Assembly (NCBI RefSeq): GCF_036365525.1
Contig: NC_090417.1
Coordinates: 2,590,832-2,654,831, forward strand
Source: Heterodontus francisci
Lineage: Eukaryota
Direction: 5' to 3'
Length of the DNA stretch: 64,000 bases
A program made the translations under genes and the position numbers. The notes under the pieces were generated by a model that searched no databases, was not told where the DNA came from, and worked only from the letters and a program-made list of their open reading frames with translations. Numbering within the stretch: the stretch's first letter is position 1; each line of letters opens with the position of its first letter. Below, piece after piece: positions 50,636-62,378 of the stretch.

Positions 50636-51830
50636 CCGCAGCTCATTTGGTAGCCCTCTGAGTCTGAAGGTTGTGGGTTCAAGTCCTACTCCAGCACTTG
50701 AGCACAAACATCAAGGCTGACACTCTCACTTTTTTCTTCACACATTTTTTCTTTACTCTGGAGTTAGCCTCTTCGAATATTACTGTAGGAATGCTCAGAT
50801 GCGTTTGTATGCAAGTCCTTTTAAATGGGCTGGCAGGCAGGTTCAAGTAGTGGACAGATGAATGTGTTGGAACAGTGATTGCAAACAACTGAGTTTCAAG
50901 GTGTTTTGGTCTGTTCTCAGTCTTGCTGCAGATTTTCAACCATTTCACTTTAAAAAAAAAGCATTCTCTTTTCTGTGGTTGGATTTGCCGCCCCATGTTA
51001 TATTTATGAGAATAAAATCACTGCATAAAATGGAATAAATGAAACAAGTCATCCGAGCACAGAAGCTGGGGTTATGGGAGCTCCACCCTTGGGACTGTTT
51101 TCTTTGGAGAAAAGACTGAGCAGAGATTTGATAGATGTATTCAATTTCATGAGGGGTCTAGACAGAGTGGATAGGGAAAACCTGTTCCCGCTCCTGCAAG
51201 GATCTAGAAGGGGAGTGCATAGATTTAAAGTGATGGGAAAAAGCAGAAGCGACACGAGGAATAACTTTTTCACGCAGTGAGTAGTTCAGATCTGCCTGAG
51301 AGTGTGGTGGAGGCAGGTTCAATCGAGGCATTCAAAAGGGAATTAGACTGTTATCTGAAAAGGAGGAATGTGCAGGGTTACGGGGAGAAGGCGTGGGGGA
51401 CGGCAGGTGAGTTGCTCATCCAGAGAGCCGGTGCAGACATGATGGGCTGAATGGCCTCCTTCTGTACTGTAAAAACTCTATAATTCTATAACTCCAGTGC
51501 AGTATTGAGGAAGTGCTGCACTGCTGCAGGTACGGTCTGTTCTTTCAGGTGGACGTAAAAATCCCAATGCACTATTTCAAAGAAAAGCTGGGGAGATATC
51601 TCCAGTGTCTTAGCCAATATTTATCCCTAAATCAACATCACAAAAATAGATTGCCTGGTCACTGTCACATTTGCTGTATACGGGAGCTTGCTATATGTCA
51701 AGTGACTGCTACATTTCCTACATTACAACAATAAGTACACTTCAAAAAAGTATTTCATGGGCTATAAAGCTTTAGGATGTCTGGTGGGTGTGAAAAGTGA
51801 TACATAAATTCAAGTCTTTTCTTTTTCTTG
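50636..51830 (+). mobile_element. Deu-type SINE split by an insertion that ends in a CR1 3' end (51085-51490)
   Basis: The SINE head ends ...GCTGACACTC at 50725 and resumes ACTCCAGTGCAGTATTGAGG at 51491. The insert contains LGLFSLEKRL...FFTQ and a CR1 tail. Confidence 0.65.
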
Positions 51831-51934
51831 CAGCTCACAAATCTTATTTACTCTGCAACTTGCAATTACACACAACACTCCAAACTCATCTTAGTTTGCT
51901 GTGCATTTTCTCCCTGTCTAAAGTATCCTCTCAA

Positions 51935-52150
51935 GCATTCATGTTCTTCCTAAAGTGTGATGCCCAGAATTGGACACAATACTCCAGCTGGGGCTGAGTA
52001 GTGTTTTATACAGGTTGATCAGAACTTCCTGGCTTTTGTACTCTATGCCTCTATTTATAAAGCCCAGATTCCATATGCTTTGTAACATCCTGCCACATTC
52101 AAAATTTGTGCACAAATACCCCAAAGTTAGCCCTTCTCCCATAAAGAGCC
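51935..52150 (-). mobile_element. CR1 fragment
   Basis: Encodes GFINRGIEYKSQEVLINLYKTL. Confidence 0.8.
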
Positions 52151-53597
52151 TTTACTTTTGACTGTAGCTTGTCCTGATTCTCCTAGTTCTAACAGTTGCT
52201 GTTGGTCACTGCACTTAAATCTCAATGGTAGTCATTTGCTTCATCCTCTGTTGCTCCTGCAATGGGGAAAGGGCAGGGAAAATGGAACTCAAATAGATAG
52301 CATTGCACAGATGCACTGGCCCGAATGGTCTCTTTCGGTATTGTTACTTTGATATCTGCACATCATTGCCTTTATTTGAAGCAAGCTTCTGAAAGACTTC
52401 CCACAGTTTTTTGATTGAGGCCTTGCTTCAACCTAGTAGTATAATTTTCATTGGTACCATTTCCCCATAATTATTGAAGAACTGCTTGACTGAGGAGGAG
52501 TTCAACCTGAAAGGCAATGTTTCTCTCTCCACAGATGCTGCCCGACTTGCTGAGTATCTCTAGAATTCTCTGGTTTTATTTATTATTATTGACTGAGGAT
52601 GGTTCTTTCTTAAACCAAAGAAGTGAAGCATTTTGGGCCATGAGTGGGACCAAGTCGTTTTATTGTAGTTGATGCTTCATTATCCTCACTGAAAGAAGTC
52701 TCAATAAGGAATCTGCTAACCTGATTGAATCTTAATCTTCGCAATCTCCGACACACAGACAGAATTCATTTCTAAACCTTCAAATCCTCCAACAGAACAA
52801 TGAAGTAAAGCCGAAGATATGCATTTTAATCTATATCAAGATCTGGGATTGCCAAGACTGGTAACTTTGTTAACTATTTATTGATTTGGCTTCATTACTT
52901 TAACACTCTCCTTTCTACATGCACTTCAACAGTTCAAGAAGGCACCACCTTTTCAAAGGCAATTAGGGATGGGCAACAAATGCTGGCCTTGCCAGCGACA
53001 CTCTCATCCATGAATGAATAAAGAAAATGCACTAAAATATTACTGCACAATAATTAAATGCCTAACACTACTGGTAGTGTTACCTACCTCCCTCTCCTAA
53101 CTCAGATTGATTTTGAGTGTCGTGTCTGAATCATTGATAAAATATTAGTCAAAATTACCATATGGACTCTCCAGCTTTGCATATTCTCCAAATTAATCAT
53201 GGGCATTTAATTTTTCTTTAAAACCTTGTGAAATACCTTAAAATTGAACTATTTTGTCTCTTCTGTGTGCAATAAAAGCACAAGCAGATTTGATTTAACC
53301 ATTAGCACAAAGCAATATTTTCTTCAGATACTCACAGTTCACTCCACTAAAGGGGTAAAATTAGTTCAAGTTGCGAACCCCCCACCAGGGTGACAATAAT
53401 GCCCAACTTAATACATTTATTTAATAACATTTCTCCATCAAAAGTCTTTTTGAAACATGATATGGGGTTTATTAAAAATACAGAGAAATGCTTTGCATTT
53501 GACCTAAACTTTTTAAACAGGAATCTTCATCAATTTAGCAAAGCGGCATTCAAAGCCCGTGATAATGCCTAAGCTTCCAATATCATTTAGCTCCTAC

Positions 53598-53737
53598 CTG
53601 TGCTTCCCAGTGGGCGAATTGTGTACTCATTCAATGTGAAACCTTTTTCTAGTGCCTGGGTCCTCATGTTCTTGTTAAAAAGATCACTGCCCGTGAAATA
53701 AAGCACGCCACAGAAATACTGATCTTTTGGAATAAGC
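53598..53737 (-). CDS. POLB: DNA polymerase beta, penultimate exon (nucleotide-binding subdomain); absent from the ORF track
   Basis: The - strand reads cctgcAG|G CTT ATT ... AGC ACA G|GTAGGA; 140 nt, phase 2 to 1. Encodes (R)[46 protein letters not shown](G), with the X-family YFTGS motif, N279, R283 and E295-Y296. Confidence 0.97.
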
Positions 53738-55639
53738 CTGCAGGAGAAGTACATGATTAGCAATCAGTATCCAAAGTAATAGACACAACATAAGACAATA
53801 TGCTACTGGATGGTGGAGATACTGGAGTCCCAAGCCCATTCAAACTGGGTAACATGGTATAGTTGCTTATAAACATAATCTGTCCAGTTTCTGAAACACT
53901 GGCAATTGAAATTAGCTTTTAAGAATAAAAACAGAAACAATCAAAACTTCCTTCAGAGGCACAGCTGTCTCCTCTTGAGCATCGTTTTCGAACTGTTGAT
54001 CCGTAGTCCCCGATTCCAGCAATATGTCTAGAGATTGTAACATCTGCGGTCAATCTACACAAATATAGACTGGTGCTCCATGAAGGATTAGTCTGTGGCT
54101 GCTCAAGTCCAAAAAGAGAACACATTCGAAATGGATGTCTCTAGCACTAAGTCTAAATAAAGGGACTTGACGTCTTAGATTTACGTGGAATAAGTTCCAC
54201 CCCCAACTGGATTATCAATATCACAGAATGATCTATTTCATGATGGTGTTTTCAGTTAAGCAGCAGTGCACACTCAGCAAAACAGTGCTATTACTGCTAA
54301 ATATGCACATTACAGACATCAGAGCTTTACAACAAAATTACATACAATTGAACATAAATCATCATGTGATTATTTTATTCATAATCTCCTTAAAAACTTC
54401 TACCTAAAACCGTGGCAAGCAAAATGCCACAGTTCTAACTCTGGAATAACCATTACAATTAGTTTTGACTTCTTGCAGTCGAAATTGTCATTTTAACAAC
54501 TTGAGGATGTTCAAATAAGTATTTGTATTATGAGTCAGATACAAGAAATGAGTATGACATTATTTTAAACAAAATGGAGGAAAAAACAACCAAAGCCCGT
54601 CTTATATTAGTGGTTACAGGGTCAAACACCAAAATCATCTAAAGCTGAATCTGTCAGCCACATTATCCATATTGCCAGATCAATAGAATCCTCAATAACT
54701 TAGCATAATGCCTCTTAATCATTGGCTATGTTTTTAATCATAAGGTCAGACTTTCATAACTTACATTTAAACAAAAGTTCATATAAAAAAAATTTAAAAT
54801 TAAATTCATTTCAAGCTGGTATTGCTTGACCTCAAATCGAAAATTGCTGGTTGCACCAGGGTTGAGGAAAGTGGTCAGCCTATGGTTTCCAAATGGAAAC
54901 TCAATTCTGATGTGAATTTAAACAATGAAGAATAGTGAGTATGGGAGGTCCACTGTGCTTAAGCTAAGCAAAGACAAAACACAAGCCACAATGATGAACA
55001 TATGGCAATCTAAGCTGAAACCCTATATGGAAAATCAAGCAAGACAATACAAGCTTAAGTAATACCTCCATCTAAAAGCAATGCACAGATTACATTGACA
55101 TCAGAATGGTAAAGTTGATGGTAAATCGAGCTATGGCAGTCAGGCTTTTGGAAGTATCTTACCAACAAAGAAACCCCCATCGACCCTACAGATTGAATCA
55201 TTTGAAGTAGCCCTGTCAGCTCCCAAAAACAGCCAAAAAATCATGTTTGGGTAAAAATCACCCATTCTCAGTATTTGTACACTTAAAAATGTCCTCTTAT
55301 ATCCTGCAAATCACCTTATGCATTCCTGCAATCCTCCTGATCACCTTTTATTCTTAACTCATGCAGGATACACTGCCCAATCCCTCTGTTAGATTTTTGT
55401 TTTGTGCTGCTCCATTTACTTCTGTCTTTTCTCCAGTGTTAGGCCATTTACCTCTCATCTATAATTTGCTTGTCCATATTTCTTGGAAAGATTGGAGCTG
55501 GAATCATTCTGCCAGAGTAGTCAATGTTCAAACTGCCCAGTCGCCTTTTGGGAGAAGCATTACACAAGAATTGACAGTCAACTCAATTGACCAATAAAAT
55601 AAAAGAGGTTTATAAAAAAAAAATCAAATGAAAATAAAG

Positions 55640-57002
55640 AGTAAATTACACTGTTGTCTAGAAATTTGGGCACGTGGAAATGGCGAGTCCCAAGGTGTAC
55701 CCGATACTGGGGCTGCAATGAGCATGCACTTCCTGTCTGGCATATTGGCAACTTAACAGGCCATTTAGTGCCCAAAGAGTGGGAGCTGCATGACTGATTC
55801 GCCATAATTCACAGCAATTACCCACAAGCAAGAACCAAGACTTTGAACAAGCGGAAACAGTTGAAGAGATGCCACCTCCATGGAAATCTCTCCTCTATTA
55901 TTGGTGGTCTTCCATCTCCTGAAATTGCAGACTGGTTTAATTTTTAGAGTGCAATCCTTGGAGAATTAGATGAACGTAACTACTGCTAGCTAACCTGTTT
56001 CAATTGTTCGTCTCAAGAAGTTGCACAACTGAAATAAAGTTTAGACGATTCAAAACCACAAGGTGAAATTTGTAAGTCTTGTGACAAAACCACACCTGCC
56101 AAATGGAAACATATCAATTTTGTCATATGGAACACTATATGAACTTTTACTGGATATTGAACATAACTTTTTTACAAAGACCACAGAGCTGACAGCTGAA
56201 AACATGGCTGCACATTTGCATTGAGAGACAGTTGAATGATTCAATTAGCAAGATTGGGCTGGGCAACCATGATGATTCACATCTTGTCTGTGTAACAGCC
56301 GGCACTCCACCGCTCCACCCACCCCCCACTACTGCAACCGGGTGTGTCTAGTACGAACAATAAGCTTTGAAGAATTAACAACTCTCGTAGGTAATGCTGT
56401 TTCAAACAAAGAGCTGGTCACATGACTAACCTGCTGGCCAACCTGGGAATTGATTGAATTGTGCCTCACAGAAAGGTTTGGGGCAGACTGCAATTGAACT
56501 TCAAAACGAAAGCACCCCTCTCTCTCCAGCAAAGTTCCAAAGACCCACGGAAGCAGCATAAGAGGACTTCTTCAGCCTTCTGGTACCAACTAAACAAGCT
56601 TAAAAGTGTGCACTGGCCCCCACGAGAACTGCAAGACTTAACTTCACTCAAGGTCTTTACATCCAAACCAAAGACAGGAACCGAATTCCATTTACTACTC
56701 CAAACCTCCCCACCCTTAATTCTTTCTTCCCTTCTGCAATTACTTGTATGTGTGTGTTTAGCATGTATGCATGCTAACATAATTGTGTCGTATATTTTTA
56801 GTAACTTTAACTGAGTTAAGAGTGTTAAGGCTAATAAACTTACATCTTTCTTGTTTAAACCTAAGAAAGCATATCTGATTGGTTCCTTTACGATTACAAT
56901 TAGACAGCAGTGAGTAAGGACTCACTGAGGTGAAGCTAAAACACCAAACCAGGAAAGGGGCGAGAGAGGAGCCCGAAACCCCTTCCTTACCCGGTCGTAA
57001 CA
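55640..57002 (+). mobile_element. LTR-like element; right end clear, left end undefined
   Basis: Ends in GGTCGTAACA, like the LTR ending at 45555, and abuts a CR1 fragment. No TSD identified. Confidence 0.45.
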
Positions 57003-57460
57003 GTATGAAGTGGGTGCAGGAGCAGAAGGACCTGGAGGTATACGTGCACAAATCACTGAAGGTTGCAGGGCAGGTTGAGAAAGTGGTTAACAAAGCATAT
57101 GGGATCCTGTGCTTTATCAACAGGGGCATAGAATACAACAAGGAAGTTATGATAAACCTGCATAAAACAATGGTTCGGCATCCACTAAAGTATTGCATTC
57201 AGGTCTGGGCACCACATTTTCAGAAGGACGTCAAGGCATTTAGAAAGGATGCAGAAAAGATTCATCAGAATGGTTCAGGGATGAGGAACTTCAGTTACAT
57301 GGATAGGCTGGAGAAGCTGGGTTTGTACTCCTTGGAGAAGAGAAGATTTAATGGTGTTCAAAATCATGATGGGTCTGGATAGAGTAGATAGAGAGAAACT
57401 GCTCCCATTGGCCAAAGGATCCAGAACCGGACGACATTAATTTAAGGTGACTGGAAAAAG
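57003..57460 (+). mobile_element. CR1 fragment
   Basis: Encodes DLEVYVHKSLKVAGQVEKVVNKAYGILCFINRGIEY. Confidence 0.88.
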
Positions 57461-57464
57461 CAAC

Positions 57465-57975
57465 TGCGACATCCACTACCTCCACCGCCAATGCACAACG
57501 GCAGTGGTGTGTACCATCTACAAAGTGTACTGCAGCAGCTCTCCAAGGCTCCTTCTCTAGCACTTTCCAAACCCACGACCTAGGAGGACAAGGGAAGCAG
57601 ATGCATGGTCACCACCCTGTGTAAGTTCCCCTCCAAGCCACACACCATCCTGACTTGGAACTATATCACCGTTCCTTCAATGTCTCTGGGTCAAAAACCT
57701 GGAATTCCCTTCCTATAAACACTGTGGGTGTACCTACACCAAATGGACTGCAGCGGTTCAAAAAGCTCTCCTAAGTTTTGTCAAACTTGCTGCAATTATC
57801 TTCAACTGCTTGCTAATATTTAAGACATTGATATCCCAAGCTCAATTGTGCATAAACCAATGTGTAGTGTCTTTTTTTAATTTTTAATCATTCATGGAAT
57901 GTGGGTGTCATTTTCTCAAGGGCAATTAGGGATGACCTAGTCAGTGACACCCACATTCCATGAGCGAATAAAAAT
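57465..57975 (+). mobile_element. 3' end of a second LINE family (CR1/L2 group), disrupted by an inverted duplication
   Basis: The tail TTCTCAAGGGCAATTAGGGATG...CCATGA..GAATAAA is also seen uninterrupted at 52930-53005 and reversed at 58900-59000. Confidence 0.6.
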
Positions 57976-58086
57976 TAAAAGACACTACACATTGATATCC
58001 CAAGCTCAACTGTGCATAAACCAATGTCTTAAATATCAGCAAGCAGTTGAAGATCATTGCAGCAAGTTTGACAAAACTTAGGAGAG
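57766..58086. repeat. Inverted repeat with ~143-bp arms and a 34-bp spacer
   Basis: 57766-57910 is the reverse complement of 57945-58086, except for a 27-bp internal block that is in direct orientation. Confidence 0.93.
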
Positions 58087-60047
58087 ATTCAGAAATTGAT
58101 ATTTTAAATTGGCGGTTAATGTTACACGGAAAGATTTACTGAATTGATGGATTGAGTAATTTTAAAAAAGGTTCCAGCTTGGAGATATTAACCAAAGCAT
58201 TGAGTTACCAAACACTTCCTTTTATAAAATAATGGAACACACTCCATTATTAACAGATCATTTTATTAATGTTTCCTGACAGTTAAATAGAGAAAAAGCA
58301 GGCAAATCAGAGAATTTAAAGAGAATGTTTCCAAATAAACTCCATTGGGTGAAAGAAAGAAAAAGTGAAAATCCAGACTTTTTAGTTAGAAAAGTAGCTG
58401 ATGAGCCAGACTCATAGTAAATGATACCACCAACAATTAATACAGTTAGGAGGCTAGGAAGATCAAAGACTAGTGATTAGGTAATGCTAAGTTTGGGTTT
58501 TAAAGCCTGAGGAAGGTAAGGAGTTCAGAGTTACGAGACCCTGGAAAAAGAGTTAAGAGTAGGAGACCGTGCAATAACTAATCATCACAGTAGAGCTGGA
58601 TGAAGAAAGAAGGAAGTGTGTAAATAAGCATATCTGGAGCTTTGAAGGAAAGCTTATACAGTAGTGACCAAAGTTTCAATAAAAAACATAACGACAAAAA
58701 AGACTGTGATGGAGACAGCTAGATTGGTGGTGTGTGAGGGATCGGCAATCAGACAGCAGCTTTTCCCTGTATACTGTTTGATGACTGCTAGAAGGTCCCA
58801 AAATATGGAACAGTATAAAGATCTTTGAGAGACTTGTATAGAGCTAAGTTGTTGAGGAAGAAGAGTATTTAGCATGGTGGAGAAGCCAAACATCATCTTT
58901 TGGGCGTCGCTGGCAAGACTGATATTTATTGCCCATCTCTAGTTGCCCTTGAGAAGCTGGTGGTGGGCCGTCTTCTTGATTCACTGCAGTCCATGTGTCT
59001 TGCATCTAACAATTTTTTTGTTCGGGCTTCCAGGACTTTGACCCAGCTCATGTGGAGGAAGCTTTGGTGGTAGTTGGTAACCTTTCAAGTTTTTAGATCC
59101 CATTGTCCTGTGGCTCTCTAGGACTTATATTCCAGTAAATTTCCTATTTGGAGTAATTTATCTTGTATCTATGAAATAATAGATTCATCTAATGAACACA
59201 AAAACCCTTGTGCGCTATTGATAAGTGTTGTGACCAGTGGCCCTGGCACCTCCACCAGTACACTTGCCTTTTATTGCCTCATAAACCGAAATGTAGCTGG
59301 CAGTATCAGGTTAATTTTTTATATGTCTTTACATTTCCTCTTACAGGCCACACACACAAAGCATCTCCAGCTAGGAGGTCCAGGCCACAGCTACAAGACC
59401 ACCATAAATCGATATTTGATTGGCTATTTGAAAAGACAAAGTAAGCAGAATCAGATGCCAAATTAGGACTAATTGAGTAATGTATTCTAGATGTGTTTTT
59501 CTATGTGTTAATTACAAGTCAACCCTTGCAATTACTGATTGTGAATTATTAATTACATGGAGGAAAAGCCAAAATCAAGCATTCTGGCATCAAATGAAAG
59601 TTTTTCAGCATGTTTGCTTTACCCCTATCGGTTTATATAAATTTAGTTCCAAGCTGGCTTAATACAGAATTATGCATTTCCTTTTTATCATCTCCTGTGC
59701 CCCCCACCTCCCTTTTTCTCCTGAAGGCAATAACTAATGCTGCATTATAATTCCATAGACCCCAGCAACCATCTTGCACCACATTCAAATAACTATTGTT
59801 CACATAATCTTAATAATTAGTACTGGCATGATATTTAGTCAAGTGGGAGGACATCAAGACTCAGCCCAGATCCTTTTCTCTTCCCTGTCATCCATATTTT
59901 TCAGCAGGAACAGGAAACACTCAGTAAATTTTCTACTCTTACCTCAGGAATACTAAGGTGAATTGTAGCACCCCACTGCTGCCCCAACTAACTGAACAGA
60001 TTAGGAAATTAAATCTCGATCTTCCTGAACTGGAAAACGGAGAATTA

Positions 60048-60305
60048 CTATAGAGTCATAGAGTTATACAGCACAGAAACAGGCCATTTGGCCCATCGTG
60101 TCTGTGCTGGCCATCAAGCACATAACTATTCTAATCCCATTTTCCAGCACTTGCCCCATAGCCTTGTATGCTATAGCATTTCAAGTGCTCATCTAAATAC
60201 TTCTTAAATGCTGTCAGGGTTCCTGCCTCTAACACCCCTTCAGGCAGTGCGTTCCAGATTCCAACCACCCTCTGGGTGAAAATGTTTTCCCTCAAATCCC
60301 CTCTG
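60048..60305 (-). mobile_element. CR1/HER1 3' end
   Basis: Encodes FTQRVVGIWNALPEGVLEAGTL, followed by the tail. Confidence 0.88.
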
Positions 60306-60749
60306 CTGCATTCACCCATTTAGTTCTTGGGGCCCATGTCAAGAACTTATGTTAGGCATAATTTGGCTGTTTAGCTTAGATTTATAATATTAATTTCATG
60401 GGAACCACACTTAAAGGAGTGTAAATAGAAAACAAAGGCAATGGGATTGTACCTCTATCTCGAGCCCCCAATCTCTGAACTTAGCTTCCTGCTTAAGTGC
60501 AGCATCTTTACCCTTATAGTCCAAAATAACTTTCCTGATCAGCTTTTAAATCCAGTTCAGACTGGTTTCTTGTAAAATGGACTTTTGGTAGTCAGAGTCT
60601 AGTGACCAAAGCGAGATAAAACTCACAATTAAGGATGAATTTGTACTAAATTCACCATCTTATACATATATTCATCGGCAACACTAGCTACTAAAGAGTC
60701 GTCACCTTCAGGTGTCAAGGGAAGAAAACAAGGGAAAATAGGAACAAAC

Positions 60750-61612
60750 AACACAAAAGTGAGGAGTTTAGCAAACAACAAGGAGGACTGTAAAAGATTG
60801 CAGGAAGACAAACAGGTTAGTGGAATCGGTAGACAGATGACAGATACAACATAATGTGGAGAAGTGTGAGGTACTAAATTCTTTGAGGAAAAAACACGGA
60901 ATGAGAGTACACACTCAACAAAAAGACTGGTGCAGATAAAGAAAATGACATAGGGTTCAAATATGTAATTCCCTGGAGAGTAAATGCAAGCAGATAAAAT
61001 CATTAAAAAGGCCAATAACATTTTGGGCTTAATAAATAAGGGACATAGAATAAAGCAACTATTGTATGAGGAATGGTTAGAGTACTGCATGCAATGTTGG
61101 GTGGTCCATTATGGGAGAGAGGTGAAAGCTGTAAAGAACACATAATCTTGACCAACCAAGTTAATGCCAGGAATGGAATCTGTAGCTTTGAGGAGAGACT
61201 TGAGATATTGTCACTATTTCCGATGGAACTGTGAAGGCTAAGAGAAGATTTAATCGTGTTTTAAAAATTATTCAGGGTTTTCATAGAATGACTACGGAAA
61301 GGTTAATTCCTGTGATTGTGGATCCAATGAGAAAAGGTCAATTTAAATGTCATTAAGAGACTGAAGAGAGAGGCAGAGAAATTTTCTTATGTTGAGGTTG
61401 CTGGAGCTGGAAAGTTTGATGCAAGGTGTGCTTGAAACATTCTATCTTTTAAGGGAGAATTGGATAAATATTTGAAACAGAGAAAAAAATATAAGGCACA
61501 GGCAGGGAGCAAAGCAATGTGATTAGTTTTGGATTGCTCCAACAATAGGCTGGCATAGACAGGGTGGGCTCAATGGCCTTGTGCTGTGCTATAAGCTTCT
61601 ATGATTCTATGG
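60750..61612 (+). mobile_element. Old, highly decayed CR1 fragment
   Basis: Degenerate RT C-terminal sequence ending in TGTGCTATAAGCTTCTATGATTCTATG. Confidence 0.7.
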
Positions 61613-62313
61613 ATTTCAAATGCTTAGGAGTAAGGGCAACAGGTCATGGAATCAGTCTAATCCAAGAGAGAGAGGAAACAACCAAGATGAGGAGTTACAA
61701 GCAAAAATCGGCACAAAAATATAGGCAATAGAATATTAGTATTCAAGATTAATTATTACTAGCTAACATTCTACCAATAAATGGGTCATGGTGGACAGCG
61801 ACAGATGGGTAGCTCTTGATTAGATCATATTATTTTCAAAGAAAGTGCTGCTCAGCAGCTGAGTTAGCAACTTGCATATATAAATAAAACAATATTAATG
61901 GAGAAAGTTCACTCCAAGACACTTCACAAACGTAAGGAAAAATCTGGCACAATTTACTAAAAGATAGCAGAGAATATTATGGCCCCCATATCAACTTGCT
62001 CGGTGCACAAATTCCCGGCAATGATGCACCTGCAGTCAATTTAATTTTTATATGAATCCTAACTGCTTCTTCCTGAGATTGCAGTGTGGAAGAGTAGAAT
62101 GATTAACACTCAAATAAGCAAATCACTAAAGAAAACAAGGTCAGAAAAAGACCTCATTTAACATCTACTTACTTCACCAAATAGCTGTTTCCAAAATATT
62201 TTCTGACAAATAGTGTTTTCATATCAAATCTGGGGTTTTGACCAGACTGATCAGATAGGTGTGAGTTGTGGGGAGTAGCACCCGAGCTTTTAAATATGAT
62301 GTAATTAACTCAC

Positions 62314-62378
62314 CTAATGTCAATTCTCCTGAATGGATACTCACTACCATCACTATCATCTGGCAATCGACAGACACC
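62314..62378 (-). CDS. POLB: DNA polymerase beta, third-from-last exon (contains catalytic Asp256); absent from the ORF track
   Basis: The - strand reads ttcttcaacAG|GGT GTC TGT ... GAC ATT AG|GTGAGT; 65 nt, phase 0 to 2. Encodes GVCRLPDDSDGSEYPFRRIDI(R), matching human GVCQLP...[10 protein letters not shown]. Confidence 0.96.
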
